Part shown: positions 1 through 11,359 of the stretch, piece after piece
Position numbering within the stretch: the first letter of the stretch is position 1
Layout: every line of letters begins with the position of its first letter
Source of the DNA: Macrostomum lignano
Lineage: Eukaryota
Reading direction: 5' to 3'
NCBI GenBank assembly: GCA_002269645.1
Contig: NIVC01003423.1
Coordinates: forward strand, 1 to 64,000
DNA length: 64,000 bases
Notes under the pieces: generated by a model
Told to the model about the DNA's origin: nothing
Databases searched by the model: none
The model's input: only the letters and a program-made list of their open reading frames with translations
Program-made: the position numbers and the translations under genes

Positions 1-295
1 GTCAGAGACCAGCGACCAACCGACTGTCTTCTCTGATGCGGAGTGCATCAGATTTGTGCCAGATGATAAGTAGCCGAACCAGCTGGACAGACAGCTAAAT
101 TAGATCAACTCTTAATAGATCATATTTTAAAATTATGTAAAAATTACATTTCTATTGAAGTTTCAATTTACGAGTTCGTAGCGTGTAGTCCAAGTACAAT
201 CGTTGATGCGATGATGAACTACTTACAGTTGGTAACTTAACGTGTCTTTTATTCAGCTTAAGTTTCTTAGAATGTCTGCGGCGCCGAAATGCGGC

Positions 296-797
296 GGGAT
301 GCTTGCTATCGGGGGGATGCTTGCTATCTGGGGATGCTTGCTATCTGGGGGATGCTTGCTATCGGGGATGCTTGCTATCTGGGGATGCTTGCTATCTGGG
401 GGATGCTTGCTATCTGGGATGCTTCTATCTGAGAGATGCTTGCTATCTGGCGGATGCTTGCTATCTGGGATGCTTGCTATCTTGGGGATGCTTGCTATCT
501 GGGGATGCTTGCTATCTTGGGGATGCTTGCTATCTGGGGGATGCTTGCTATCTGGGGGATGCTTGCTATCTGGGGATGCTTGCTATCTGGGATGCTTGTT
601 ATCTGGGGATGCTTGCTATCTTGGGTATTGCTTGCTATCTGGGGGATGCTTGCTATCTGGGGATGCTTGCTATCTGGGGATGCTTGCTATCTGGGGATGC
701 TTGCTATCTGGGGATGCTTACTATCTGGGATGCTTGCTATCCGGGGATGCTTGCAATCTTGGGATGCTTGCTATCTGGGGATGCTTGCTGTCTTGGA
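296..797. repeat. Minisatellite, ~17-bp unit GGGGATGCTTGCTATCT with variable G-run
   Basis: About 28-30 directly visible tandem units. The overlapping ORFs at 242-937 are repeat translations. Confidence 0.95.
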
Positions 798-1205
798 TGA
801 TTTCTTTTTGCATTGCACTTCATTTGAGTATTTTGTCTGTTTTCTTTTTGAAGGCTTTATTTCGCTATCTTTTTGTTACTTGTAGAGAACAGAGATTCTA
901 TACAGATGTCCCCAACGGGGCGAAGATTGCTAGTTGAATCACTAAATCACAACAGAGTGCTAAATATACACCGATTCTCAAAATAATGTACACGGAGGAA
1001 TTTAGTCTTGTAAAATTCTTGGCTTTGTCCCCCAAACCATAAAAATTAATTGCGACGCTCCTGCTAAGAAGCATGCTAACAACTATTCATTCCTTACGAG
1101 ACTCCGGCTCATTTCTAAGAAAAACTAACCTAGCATCCCATACTGCAGTTTTCCATGCGTGAGTAGAAGTTTCAAAAAAAGATTTTCTAAGAAATGACTA
1201 ATATA

Positions 1206-1834
1206 CTCAGCGTCAGTCAAAAGTTCCACCCTCCAAATTGCGAAAATTTCACACTCACAATTCAACCCTCAAGTTACGCAACTAAGCCGCCGCGAGGAAG
1301 GGGAAAGTTGATTGACTATCAATACTCGTAGTAAACGTCAGTCGCACAAAATCAGAATTTTTTATGCAATATTCAGTTAGAATCGCGATGCCTGTGGATC
1401 CCCTCGCACGCAGAAGTGCGACGACTCTGCGGGCATCCCAATGATGAGGCGGCCGCAGAAAGTCCTGGGAAGCCGCTCCAAAGCGTTTTCAATGGCATGA
1501 CGCAGAGCTCTCCGCAACATTCTATGGTGATTCTCTTTTCGAATGCTACGTTTTAGGAAGTCCCAGACATGCTCGATGGATTCATGTCTGGGACCGGGAA
1601 GGCCAGCGCAGAGTGCGCAGCTGTAGCTGTTCCTTCAGTTGACTAACAGCATCGGCTTGGTGTGGCGGGCGTTGTTCCTGGGCTTGGTCTGCATAATGTC
1701 CAGGCCTGGACCATTAAGCAGACCCAAGCCACCCCAAGCGGCAATAAGCTTTGCGCGTGCCGTAGGTTGCGTCACTCGCAATAAGTGAAAAAATCATCTC
1801 GCTTAGTGGGGTGGAGCTTTTGACTGTTGCTGAG
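1206..1834 (-). mobile_element. Internally deleted Tc1/mariner DNA transposon (~630 bp)
   Basis: 26-bp TIRs CTCAGCGTCAGTCAAAAGTTCCACCC (1206) and rev-comp CTCAGCAACAGTCAAAAGCTCCACCC (ends 1834), each flanked by TA. The minus strand carries frameshifted Tc1 C-terminal motifs [22 protein letters not shown] and ALRHAIENALERLP...GMPRRV. Confidence 0.85.
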
Positions 1835-2508
1835 TATATTTTGGGCTGGATTCACGAGTTACGCTAAAATACGCTGCTTAGATAGGAGATGGGACCATTC
1901 TATTTTTAGCACAAAAAATAGCAGATCAAATCTTCATTTTTTTATATCAAGTGACCCTTGATGGCTTGATTGATTGTGCAAAACTAAATTTCTAAGAGTC
2001 TAAGAAACAAGAAACTCATTTTACATTTGTCAGGCTGTGTCATTTATCAATGATTTTTTGGCTTTAAAAAATGTGTCCGAAATTTTAAATAATTCACAAT
2101 TAACTATATGGCTCGTGTTATAAAATTACTAAAATCTTTACTAAAATCTATTGTGCAATTAATTAGGAAAATTCAGCCTCAGAAAGTATTTTCATATTTT
2201 TAATACCAATAGCGACATAGCTAAATGTCTTAGCGACGTACTACTCGCATGTCCCAATGAGCTCATGCCAATTAACCTTCCAGACATTCAACAAGATTTT
2301 TCAAACCAGTAAACTCTATACTTTCAGGAGAAGGCCATAAATAAGATACACTCAGACTTTAATAAATATATATTTTTCCATTTGATCAACGTAAATCTGC
2401 TCCATACAGATTAGTTGCCAAGTCTGTCTTGGCTTACAAATTATTAGAATGAAAGCGCAGTAATATATATAGTGGAAATTTAAACAAAATAATATACTAG
2501 CGATGACG

Positions 2509-5500
2509 TCATCGCTTGCGACTAGCGTCGCGGATTCGCTTAGTGGCCAGCGTTTCTACGCCTCCGCGGTCCCGACGAAGCGGCAGCAGGCTCCACCAGA
2601 TGAAGCTCGCCACCGTTTCATCCAACAGGCTGAGCATTCGCTGACAGCCGGCGATTGGCGGAGGCCATAGCAGCTCCGGCCGAGTCCTAGCCAGCCGTTC
2701 GACCGCCCGACGCTGCGATCGGACGGTGGTGACCGCCATTGCTTCGGCCGGCCGGCTAGGCGTCTCCTGGATGACGATCGCCGCGCTCTCCTCGATTTTG
2801 GCGACGCAACGTCGAGCAAAGTAGGTGGTCCGACGATCGGGGTGGCTCATGTAGATTGGCTCATCGCTGTCAGCGTTGTTGTTGTTGTTGTGGCAGACGC
2901 TGCGGCTGTCTGCTCTGCCGCCGCCACTCGAGTCCGAATCGAAAATCAGCAACGAAGTGTGCAGCGCGGCCTGGCAGTAGCTCCGGCTGCATGGCTGCGC
3001 CGACATTTCCGCTACTCGACGACCAGTCAAATTGACCACCCGTCTGAGCGAAGATGACGTCATCGTGTTCGGCGCAGACGAGGCGGACGAGGAAGAAGAG
3101 GCCGAGCACGACGAGATCGAACGGTGAAGCAGCCGGGCGAGAAGCCGACGGCAGCGGTCGAGACTCCGGTCAGCTGAGTTATTTGACGCGTTCCAGTTGT
3201 TCCGCTGGCCAACCTGCGGATGCGGCGCCGCGGCTGCCGCCAGAGCAAACTTGGTGCTCATCGCCGGCTCCAGGGTGCCAGCGATGAAGTCGCAGGCCAG
3301 TAGAAGTTGCGGCTCCAACGGGCCGTGACGCAAGGCGTTTCCGCTGCCGCTTCCGACACTGCCGCTGAAAACTGCGGTTTCTCTTGCTGCCAATTTCGCA
3401 GACGCGGCGCCCATCCTGCCCGTGTCGTCTCGGTGCAGACTGATAGGCGCCAAGAACAGCGCGGCTCGGCTAAGCTTTAGCCAGTCGATAGCCAGGAGGG
3501 ACACAAATTCCACCATGATTCGACTGCCGGCCGCGAAGGCGATAGCCGGAGAGCGACTGCAGCCGTCGCCTTCGTAGGAAACTGTAGCGAGCTCGGACAG
3601 TTGTTTCTCAACGCCATAGCAGATCGCCGACTGCTGTAGCGGCGGGCCTGACTGAGGCAGCAGGTACTGATGAATTCGCAGCCTCTGCGAGCGTTGCAAC
3701 CGCTGCAGCCGATCGCCCATGGAGCACTGAACACTGCGAGCCTGCATGATCAGCGGCGGCGATTGGATTAAGCAGAGTGTCTGCTCTCGGGCTCGCCACG
3801 AGCTCCTGTCGTCGCTGACAACCAACATTGGCCTGCCTAGAGGGTTGTCCGGGTCGTTGTCCTCGCTGCGTCGTTGGCCGCCGCCGCTGCTGAAGCTGCT
3901 ACGATCGTCCAGGATTCTACTGGCCAGCTGGAACACAATTGACGATTCAAGTCGCGAGCTGCTAACGGCTTCGCGTTCAAGCGTTGGCAAGGCGGACGCC
4001 GTGGCAGCCGCGTTGTTAACTAGAGGCGGCAGGTTGTCCACAGGGCACAGCGAGCAGCTGCGCATTGCGGTTGTGAGGTCCAGCTTTCTCAGCGCAGCGT
4101 CCGTGATGGCACCGACTGGCGCTCGAATGGTCAGGCATCGGCTGTCCGCCAGCTGCGCCGCCTGCTGTCGCTCCAAGCCGTCTGATTGTCTGCGTCTGCT
4201 GCGCCGACTGCTCGTTGAACTCGACCAGCACTGCTGCTGCAGTCGGGGACGTCGCCGTCGGTGCCGATTTAACAGCGACAGCAGCTGACTGGAGCTGTCA
4301 ATCGAACGCTCCGCGGTGCCATCCGAGGGCATCGTGTTGGTGCTGTAGCTGCAGTGCCGTCCGCCTGCCGGCGTGCCGTCCTGCTTGGCTAGACTCGACG
4401 TCCTATAGCGAACATTCTGCTGCCGAGTCTGCACCGGAGCCAGCACCTCCCACTCCTGCTTGCGGACGGGTCCAAGAGCCGCTAAGCAGTTGTTGCCGCT
4501 GCCAACATGCACCTCTTCAACCGACCAGGAGAAGGCTTCCGAACTGGATGATATCGAATCCTGCCTGGGCACTTCTGAGATTAATGTAAGCCGTGTACTT
4601 TCGTCGCTGCTGCTGCCTGTCGATTCGAAGGTAAGCGAGTTCAGATACTGCGGCGACTGTTTTGGAGTCTCCAGAAGACCCGCTATGGAGACTTCCAGCT
4701 CTTGTGTGAGCCAAGTGCTACTGTTGGTGCTGCTGCTTTTGCTCATGCTGTTGCTATCGTTGCTGACAGTGTTGCTGACACTGTTAAACCTGACCCCGGC
4801 AATCACCAACGGCTGGCAGCTCTCCTCCGAATTGGTGCTGGAAGAGTCCAACAGCAGTTGCTGCCGCTGCTGCTGGGCCAAACTGATCGCAGCGAATTTG
4901 TTTGCAAAATGCCGCGGCCCGCTGGGAGGCGAATGCGGGTTGGACGTCATAGACGGCTTAGTAGATTGGTACGGGAGTGTCTCAACTTGGCTGACCTTTC
5001 TGATCGGAGTAAGAGCTGCCATTGCGTTGTCAATGCCGACTTCGAGTTCCTCGTCGCTACCTTCTGTGGAGCCGCTGAAGTTCTGCGCCGAGTCGGACGA
5101 TGTTGGCCGAGGCGTTTCGGCAATCAGCTGGATGCTGCTGCCGTCGCTGCCTCCAGCTGCGGTGTCCACTGTCGGCGTGGCGATGCTTACAGCAGAGGCT
5201 GTCGACTCTTCTTCGACAACTGGCGGCAGTGACCGCTGGGACACAATCAACTGTTCCTCGTCATCGGCAAGCTGACTGTCGGAAACTGCTGACACTTCAG
5301 TGACTTCTTCAGCCTCGGGTTTGTCTGGCTCGGTCTTCTCCGATACTCGCTTGACTTTGCTGGACTTGCCGCAGCCGCAGCAGCCTCCGCCACCGCCGCC
5401 GCCTCCGTCACCCGCTGCGTCGGTTGTACCAACCGGCTGCTCCTGTTTCGGCGGTGGTGGCGGTGGTGGCGGCTGCTGCGGCGGTGGCGGCGTGGGTGGC

Positions 5501-6360
5501 GGAGGTGGCGGTGGCAACGGCGGCTCCGGCTCCGGCTCCTGCGGTAGCGAAGCCTCCGAGTTGCTGTCGCCGTCCAGCATCTCCAAGCCTACGTGGATCT
5601 GCTCCTCCGACACGATGTCACTCAATTCGTGCAGGCAGACGCCCCCTGTGGTGATCATCTCCTCGCTGCTTGAGGAAGAGGACGTGGCCGCGTAGACCGC
5701 CACCTCGATGATCTCTGAGGTTGTGCCACCATTGAAGGCGAAATTTCCCGTTGTGGCGACGCTCATTTGGCGAGACTGACGTCGATACAGTGGGTTGGAG
5801 ACGCTGGGCCTTGTAGGCGCAGGCGGCATCCACACTCGACGAAGTGGCGTCACATTTTTCAGCGCGTTGGCCGGCACGTAGGCCGGGCAGTTGCGGCCGC
5901 TGTCGGCATCGCCGCTGACGCTGTCTCGGCTGAGCGTCGGCATCATCACCTTGGCGATGGTCACCGGGACCGCCGACTGTCGTGTCGCTCCAACGGTAGA
6001 AACATTGTTTGATCGATTTTTTAGGCAAGTTTTCGGCGCGTAGACTCGCCCGCTGCAGTTAAGTTCAAGTTCAACGCTTCTATCGTTATTGTTACCTTGG
6101 CAACTGTTGAAGCTTCGATCCAATCTGGAAGTTGATTCGGTGACGCCGCTGATTGAAAAAGAGGCTGGCGATTCCGACCGACGCGACCAATGAAGACCCC
6201 GATCGCCCGCGCCAGTTCGACTACTGGAACAGTTCGAGCTGAATCGGCGACGCAGGCTGGCAAACTGGCGGCGAACGCGGGTGAGACTGTCGCCCAACCG
6301 ACGTGGAAGCCGTTGACGCGACCAGACCGGCCGGGACCGAGAGTCCGACTGCTGACTCAT
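2509..6360 (-). CDS. 1283-aa intronless, largely disordered Ser/Pro/Gln-rich protein; C-terminal third may be a highly diverged SH3+PTB (JIP1/Aplip1-like) module
   Basis: A 3.85-kb GC-rich ORF that is not built from a tandem repeat. Weak motif similarity by eye: ATVSYEG..IAF..G..I..DW / DDTGRMG (SH3-like), AVFSGSV, YMSHPDRRTTYFA, IVIQETPSRPAEAMA (PTB-like). The CDS is more certain than the product call. Confidence 0.7.
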   Translation of the reverse strand: MSQQSDSRSRPVWSRQRLPRRLGDSLTRVRRQFASLRRRFSSNCSSSRTGAGDRGLHWSRRSESPASFSISGVTESTSRLDRSFNSCQGNNNDRSVELELNCSGRVYAPKTCLKNRSNNVSTVGATRQSAVPVTIAKVMMPTLSRDSVSGDADSGRNCPAYVPANALKNVTPLRRVWMPPAPTRPSVSNPLYRRQSRQMSVATTGNFAFNGGTTSEIIEVAVYAATSSSSSSEEMITTGGVCLHELSDIVSEEQIHVGLEMLDGDSNSEASLPQEPEPEPPLPPPPPPPTPPPPQQPPPPPPPPKQEQPVGTTDAAGDGGGGGGGGCCGCGKSSKVKRVSEKTEPDKPEAEEVTEVSAVSDSQLADDEEQLIVSQRSLPPVVEEESTASAVSIATPTVDTAAGGSDGSSIQLIAETPRPTSSDSAQNFSGSTEGSDEELEVGIDNAMAALTPIRKVSQVETLPYQSTKPSMTSNPHSPPSGPRHFANKFAAISLAQQQRQQLLLDSSSTNSEESCQPLVIAGVRFNSVSNTVSNDSNSMSKSSSTNSSTWLTQELEVSIAGLLETPKQSPQYLNSLTFESTGSSSDESTRLTLISEVPRQDSISSSSEAFSWSVEEVHVGSGNNCLAALGPVRKQEWEVLAPVQTRQQNVRYRTSSLAKQDGTPAGGRHCSYSTNTMPSDGTAERSIDSSSQLLSLLNRHRRRRPRLQQQCWSSSTSSRRSRRRQSDGLERQQAAQLADSRCLTIRAPVGAITDAALRKLDLTTAMRSCSLCPVDNLPPLVNNAAATASALPTLEREAVSSSRLESSIVFQLASRILDDRSSFSSGGGQRRSEDNDPDNPLGRPMLVVSDDRSSWRAREQTLCLIQSPPLIMQARSVQCSMGDRLQRLQRSQRLRIHQYLLPQSGPPLQQSAICYGVEKQLSELATVSYEGDGCSRSPAIAFAAGSRIMVEFVSLLAIDWLKLSRAALFLAPISLHRDDTGRMGAASAKLAARETAVFSGSVGSGSGNALRHGPLEPQLLLACDFIAGTLEPAMSTKFALAAAAAPHPQVGQRNNWNASNNSADRSLDRCRRLLARLLHRSISSCSASSSSSASSAPNTMTSSSLRRVVNLTGRRVAEMSAQPCSRSYCQAALHTSLLIFDSDSSGGGRADSRSVCHNNNNNADSDEPIYMSHPDRRTTYFARRCVAKIEESAAIVIQETPSRPAEAMAVTTVRSQRRAVERLARTRPELLWPPPIAGCQRMLSLLDETVASFIWWSLLPLRRDRGGVETLATKRIRDASRKR

Positions 6361-6851
6361 CCGCTGCCGGACTTGCAGGACTGCCAGGCACTCACTAGCC
6401 TGGGAGTTCAGCCTGTCAGATTTGGTGCAACCGCTGTTTGCATTCAGTTAGTGACTGATTCTGAGCTTGATGCTTCATTCAGCATGCCGGGGTAGCGTTG
6501 GTCTTTCAAATAAACAATCAGGAAAATTATAACTGCGAACTTGTCTATGGTTGAATTGGGCAGTAGCCTAGTGGTGTAGCGCGGCGCTCTCCGTATGTGC
6601 TGATTTTAAGTGCAGTCTCTTTAATTTTGGGGCTACTCGTAAATTGGAATCTCGACTCGGCGAAATGGACACTACAATGCCTCACCGATTGTGTGACAAT
6701 GTCCCTTAAAGTGCGGCAGGGTACACACTGCTCTATGTCTCTATCAGAACAGCCTTTGCACTAAAAGGTCTCTTCTCTGTGAGCCTTCAAAAGGAGTAGA
6801 TGTGTTTCATTATTTATAGTTTAACCGATTTCGTATAAATACAAGCTACAG

Positions 6852-7692
6852 ACACTACACCTGTTCGTGTCCATATAAATCCTACAGACAGAGCTCACTA
6901 CACCTGTTCGTGTCCATATAAATCCTACAGACAGAGCGTCACTACACCTGCTCGTGTCCATGTAAATCCTACAGACAGAGCGTCACTGCACCTGTTCGTG
7001 TCCATGTAAATCCTACAGACAGAGCGTCACTACACCTGTTCGTGTCCATATAAACCCTTTAGAAAGAGCGTCACTACACCTGTTCGTGTCCATATAAATC
7101 CTACAGACAGAGCGTCACTACACCTGTTCGTGTCCATATAAACCGTATAGACAGAGCGTCACTACACCTGTTCGTGTCCATATAAACCGTATAGACAGAG
7201 CGTCACTACACCTGTTCGTGTCCATATAAACCGTATAGACAGAGCGTCACTACACCTGTTCGTGTCCATATAAACCGTATAGACAGAGCGTCACTACACC
7301 TGTTCGTGTCCATATAAACCGTATAGACAGAGCGTCACTACACCTGTTCGTGTCCATATAAACCGTATAGACAGAGCGTCACTACACCTGTTCGTGTCCA
7401 TATAAACCGTATAGACAGAGCGTCACTACACCTGTTCGTGTCCATATAAACCGTATAGACAGAGCGTCACTGCACCTGTTCGTGTCCATATAAACCGTAT
7501 AGAAAGAGCGTCACTGCACCTGTTCGTGTCCATGTAAATCCTACAGACAGAGCGTCACTGCACCTGTTCGTGTCCATATAAACCGTATAGACAGAGCGTC
7601 ACTGCACCTGTTCGTGTCCATGTAAATCCTACAGACAGAGCGTCACTGCACCTGTTCGTGTCCATATAAACCGTATAGACAGAGCGTCACTA
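6852..7692. repeat. Minisatellite, 44-bp unit CACTACACCTGTTCGTGTCCATATAAACCGTATAGACAGAGCGT, ~19 copies
   Basis: Direct head-to-tail units with two alternating variants (AAATCCTACAG / AAACCGTATAG) and no unique spacers. Confidence 0.95.
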
Positions 7693-8287
7693 CCGCGGAC
7701 ACCGCAGCATCTATCGAAAGTTAGCACGAATTTACAAGAGCAAGGCGTCCTTCCACTTCAGTCTCGATCACCAAGGCTCTGTCGAGTGCGTGACGTACTC
7801 AAAGATTTAAAAAGCCTCTATTTATAAATTTAGGATTCAAAAAAATTGTTGAAAGCCTGAAAGAAACTGGATGCCGGTGTGTTGCTCTGCAGTCGTACGG
7901 AAGAGGCGGCACACATCAAAGAATCAAAGTCCGGGTCCTGATTGAAGCGACAGCTGTCTGTACCAGAGATGCTCCATACTCGTACAATTGAGATTTTAAA
8001 AACAAAAATTTCTGTCAACAAGATGATAATGGCCTGCCTTGCACTTCTCTATCTGCATAATTGCACTAATCCAGTAGCTAAATGCGCCAATTATCCGCGT
8101 AAAAGTACATAACAGATGTCCAAAAGAAGCGTAACATTGAGTCCTAACTCTGGGGCGCACTCTGAGGGGTCGAGGCCCCCCCACCAAGAGAATTTAGGAC
8201 GCCCAATAAGAGACCAAGGACTACTCAAATAAAAGAACAGGAAAATACGTTTCTTGGGAAATTTTTGGAGGCAGATTTTACTGAAAA

Positions 8288-10654
8288 CAGGGACAACTAA
8301 AACCCTCGGACGCGAAACGAGCCAATTCCTGGCAAAAAATCTGAGGGGCTCGCCTAAAAGTATTGTTCTATGGCTTTTTTGAAGTCTTCTCTGCTATCAG
8401 GCATTAACGGTTAGATTAAATAGTAAAGCGAGGCAATGTCGAGTATCTAATTTAAAGAATAGGAACCAGTGATATAATTACAATGTATTTACAATAAAGT
8501 AACCGCCATAGCAACAAAAAAACTCCAACGGCAAGAAGATAAAAGATGAAAGCAAAGATATAACTCCAACGGCAAGAAGATAAAGGATGAAAGCGAAGAT
8601 GAAACTCCAACGGCAAGAAAATAGAAGCAAATACGGAACTCCAAGGGCAAGACGACACAAACAGTCAGTAGCTCGTACATAAAGGAATGAAGAATTCCGA
8701 CTCCTGTGCAGCATCCGTTCCAATCCATGGCTTCTCTCTTCCATTGCTAAATAAAGCAAAACACTTGCGGTTGGTAGGGTGATTGTCGCTGACGAGAGCA
8801 ACGACACGGCCACCGTTGTTGTTAATTGCTTTAATACATTGGCTGACGCATTTTCGCAGAAACTCCGCAGACAAAATGTTGTCGGCAATAGTCGGACTAC
8901 AAACGGTTTTCTACCAAGTAATGGCTTTACCATTATGGCCAAAATTGTCCTAGCAACCTGGTCCGGATCGTCGACGGCTCGACCCAGAAGGTGACGGCAT
9001 CGATATCGAACGGACGGTTGTATGTACATTTCGTCAAACATAATTACGCAGTTTCGCTGAGCTCCTGATAGACTAGCAAAAACTGACTGGATCACATCGG
9101 CTGCGTCGGTTTCTGTGCCAACTTCTCCTGTACCTGCTAGTTGCAGCTGCAGCGTTCGGGGATGAGGCAATGGCAATAGCTTCCGTAGGTAAGAGTAAGC
9201 CGAACTACTGATCAAGTAGAGCAATGCTGACTGTCGCACTAGTGAAATGTCATAGCGGCGATTGTTCCGATTTACTAATGTAAGGCTAAGTTGTCGAATC
9301 AAAAACTGAAGCGACGGATCCAAATCAGAGTCAGAATCTATATCATCACTGATTCTACTAACAAACGCTTCGACTTCACGTTGGGGATTGGCGTCGGAAT
9401 GTTTGCACCGCACGACAACAGCATCCAGTTGCGACCAGCGCTTAAGTGTCGGTTGAAATCCCAACAAGTCTCGAACCGAAATCGGTGTATGCAGTTTGAA
9501 TGCACGAATCAGAAAGTTGGGTGAGACAAAAATTCGAATAGACAAGTCTCCATCTTTATCTAACGTAAACAAGTAAACGTCTTCGTTCAGAATAGCTGTG
9601 TTCAGTGCATGTCGAGATACGACATCCGAATTTTTCACCTCAGCTCGAAAACTTTCCCATGCTGGCAAAAAATCAAGCAGCTGAAAAGCGTACATCTCAT
9701 CGATGTCGCCGCACCTCGCGTCAGAAAGAACACCGCGCTTTTCGGCCTGTCGGTCCTGGTCTAAAATAAGAGTAAAAATAAAAGTAAGATAATTGTGAGC
9801 GGCAAAATCGATATAGACGCTAAGTGTTGAGCAATCTTTAAGTTACGTACCTTGGTTCTGAACAAAACACGAGCTAGGAACTCCATTAAAAACAGAAGGA
9901 GGATTAATTGGCCTTTCGGTAGAGTTTTTCTTGACCATTGGAGCATCGCTTGGCCAATGCTTTACGCACACGCCCATATTGTCAGTCACTCTCTAAAATA
10001 ATAAATTTTGGGTTTCAAGTTGTTTGGACGAGACTGGCATGCAGAATTGAAGCGGAATTATGCAGCAGAAATGACAGCAAATGATCTGGTTTCTTACCTG
10101 GAGAATATTTGGCAGCGCCTTTCTCCATCGCTCTCGCTCCTGTGGATCTCTGGGAAACGCAAATATCCGTGTTCGAACGGCTTCAGAGTTGTAATTTGAC
10201 GAGCACGGACATACGCTGCACTTTCTTGGCATTTCATCAAGTGAATAAAAAATGCTTCTCTTGATGTAGTTCAGCTTAGCTTCACTGCTGGCCGCAGCTA
10301 AAGCAATTTTAACGTACTTTAATTCAAATTAGCGGGCAGTTAATGACATTTAACGCCCGATTGTCTATTTCAAACTTACTTTAATGCAAATTAGCGGGCA
10401 GTTAATGTCACTAACTGCCCGCTAATTTTGTTCCACTTTGTCAAGGACAAAAATGTCTATGGCACAATAATAGTAATACCCATGCTTTAAGGGCGTTAAT
10501 GGGAAAATCAGAGGGCGCCGTTTAATGGCATTAAAAGGCAAGAATAAGTGCCCAGCGGGCACAAAGGTCATGGTACAATACTTTTAAGCGAGCCCCTCAG
10601 ATTCTTTGCCATGAATTGGCTCGTTTCGCGTCCCGAGGGTTTTAGTTGTCCCTG
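8288..10654 (-). mobile_element. P-element-superfamily DNA transposon, internally deleted (2367 bp)
   Basis: ~85-bp TIRs starting CAGGGACAACTAAAACCCTCGG (8288 on +; 10654 on -). Perfect 8-bp TSD ACTGAAAA at 8280-8287 and 10655-10662. Encodes THAP plus P-type transposase. Confidence 0.92.
8665..10232 (-). pseudogene. Spliced THAP-domain P-element (THAP9-like) transposase; exons 10232-10098, 9992-9851, 9760-~8665; frameshift at ~8875 and C-terminally truncated
   Basis: THAP C2CH motif: MPRKCSVCPC...FAFP..RERW + VCVKHW...PPSVF. Two GT-AG introns (phases 0 and 1) join the exons in frame. Catalytic motifs CVIMFDEMYI and VVALVSDNHPTN; the second is reached only after restoring 1 nt in a T-run. Confidence 0.85.
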
Positions 10655-10823
10655 ACTGAAAAAAATACACTACGGAGAATGGATGTTTTCATTTTTTCCA
10701 GCATATTTGTTAATTGCTTTTGATAGAAGGCAGACCCAATGATCATCTTTTTGATAGGACCTGCCTCCTAAAGTGTTTCAGGAAGCGTAGTTTCCCGGCT
10801 TTCTACTTGAGTTATCCTTGTAA

Positions 10824-10988
10824 GAGACAGGAGCGCCACCCCAAGAAACAGGGGGTGCCACACCGAGAGACAGGGGCGCCCACCGAGAGACAGGGGTGCC
10901 ACACCAAGAGACAGGGGCGCCCTCCAAGAGACAAGGCCGCCCTCCAAGAGACAGGGCCGCCCACCAAGAGACAGGGGCGCCCACTAAG
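10824..10988. repeat. Minisatellite, ~21-bp unit AGAGACAGGGGCGCCC(ACC), ~8 copies
   Basis: Visible tandem units. Confidence 0.85.
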
Positions 10989-11359
10989 AGCATCATTAAG
11001 TGAAAAAGGTTGGCAGAAACGACAGGAGACCCATTTTAACAGAAACTTGATTGTCCAAACTTATCACTCACTAGAGATCTATACTTTCTAGCCATCCTTT
11101 TACAAGAAGTACTTAAAGCACTTTTCGTATTGATTCGATCTTTAAGCAGGAGAGAATGCGTGTAAGTTCGAGTAGAGAACTAAAAAGGATGGCCTAATCC
11201 CTAGGGGAAGAGGAAAGATATTAATGATGAGTTGCCCTACCACCCCAGCAGCCAATGCGACTGCAGACAGACCCGCAACCAATCTCTGAGTCATTGCGAA
11301 TTCTGCTTTAATATCAGCAGTCTGACAGACCGTTCAAACTTATCCTAGGTAAAGAAGAC

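Noticed and set aside
242-937. Three overlapping ORFs
   Set aside because: Products of the 17-bp minisatellite.
6852-7692. CRISPR-like regular array (also the 30-, 31- and 33-bp arrays)
   Set aside because: No unique spacers, no cas genes, eukaryotic context.
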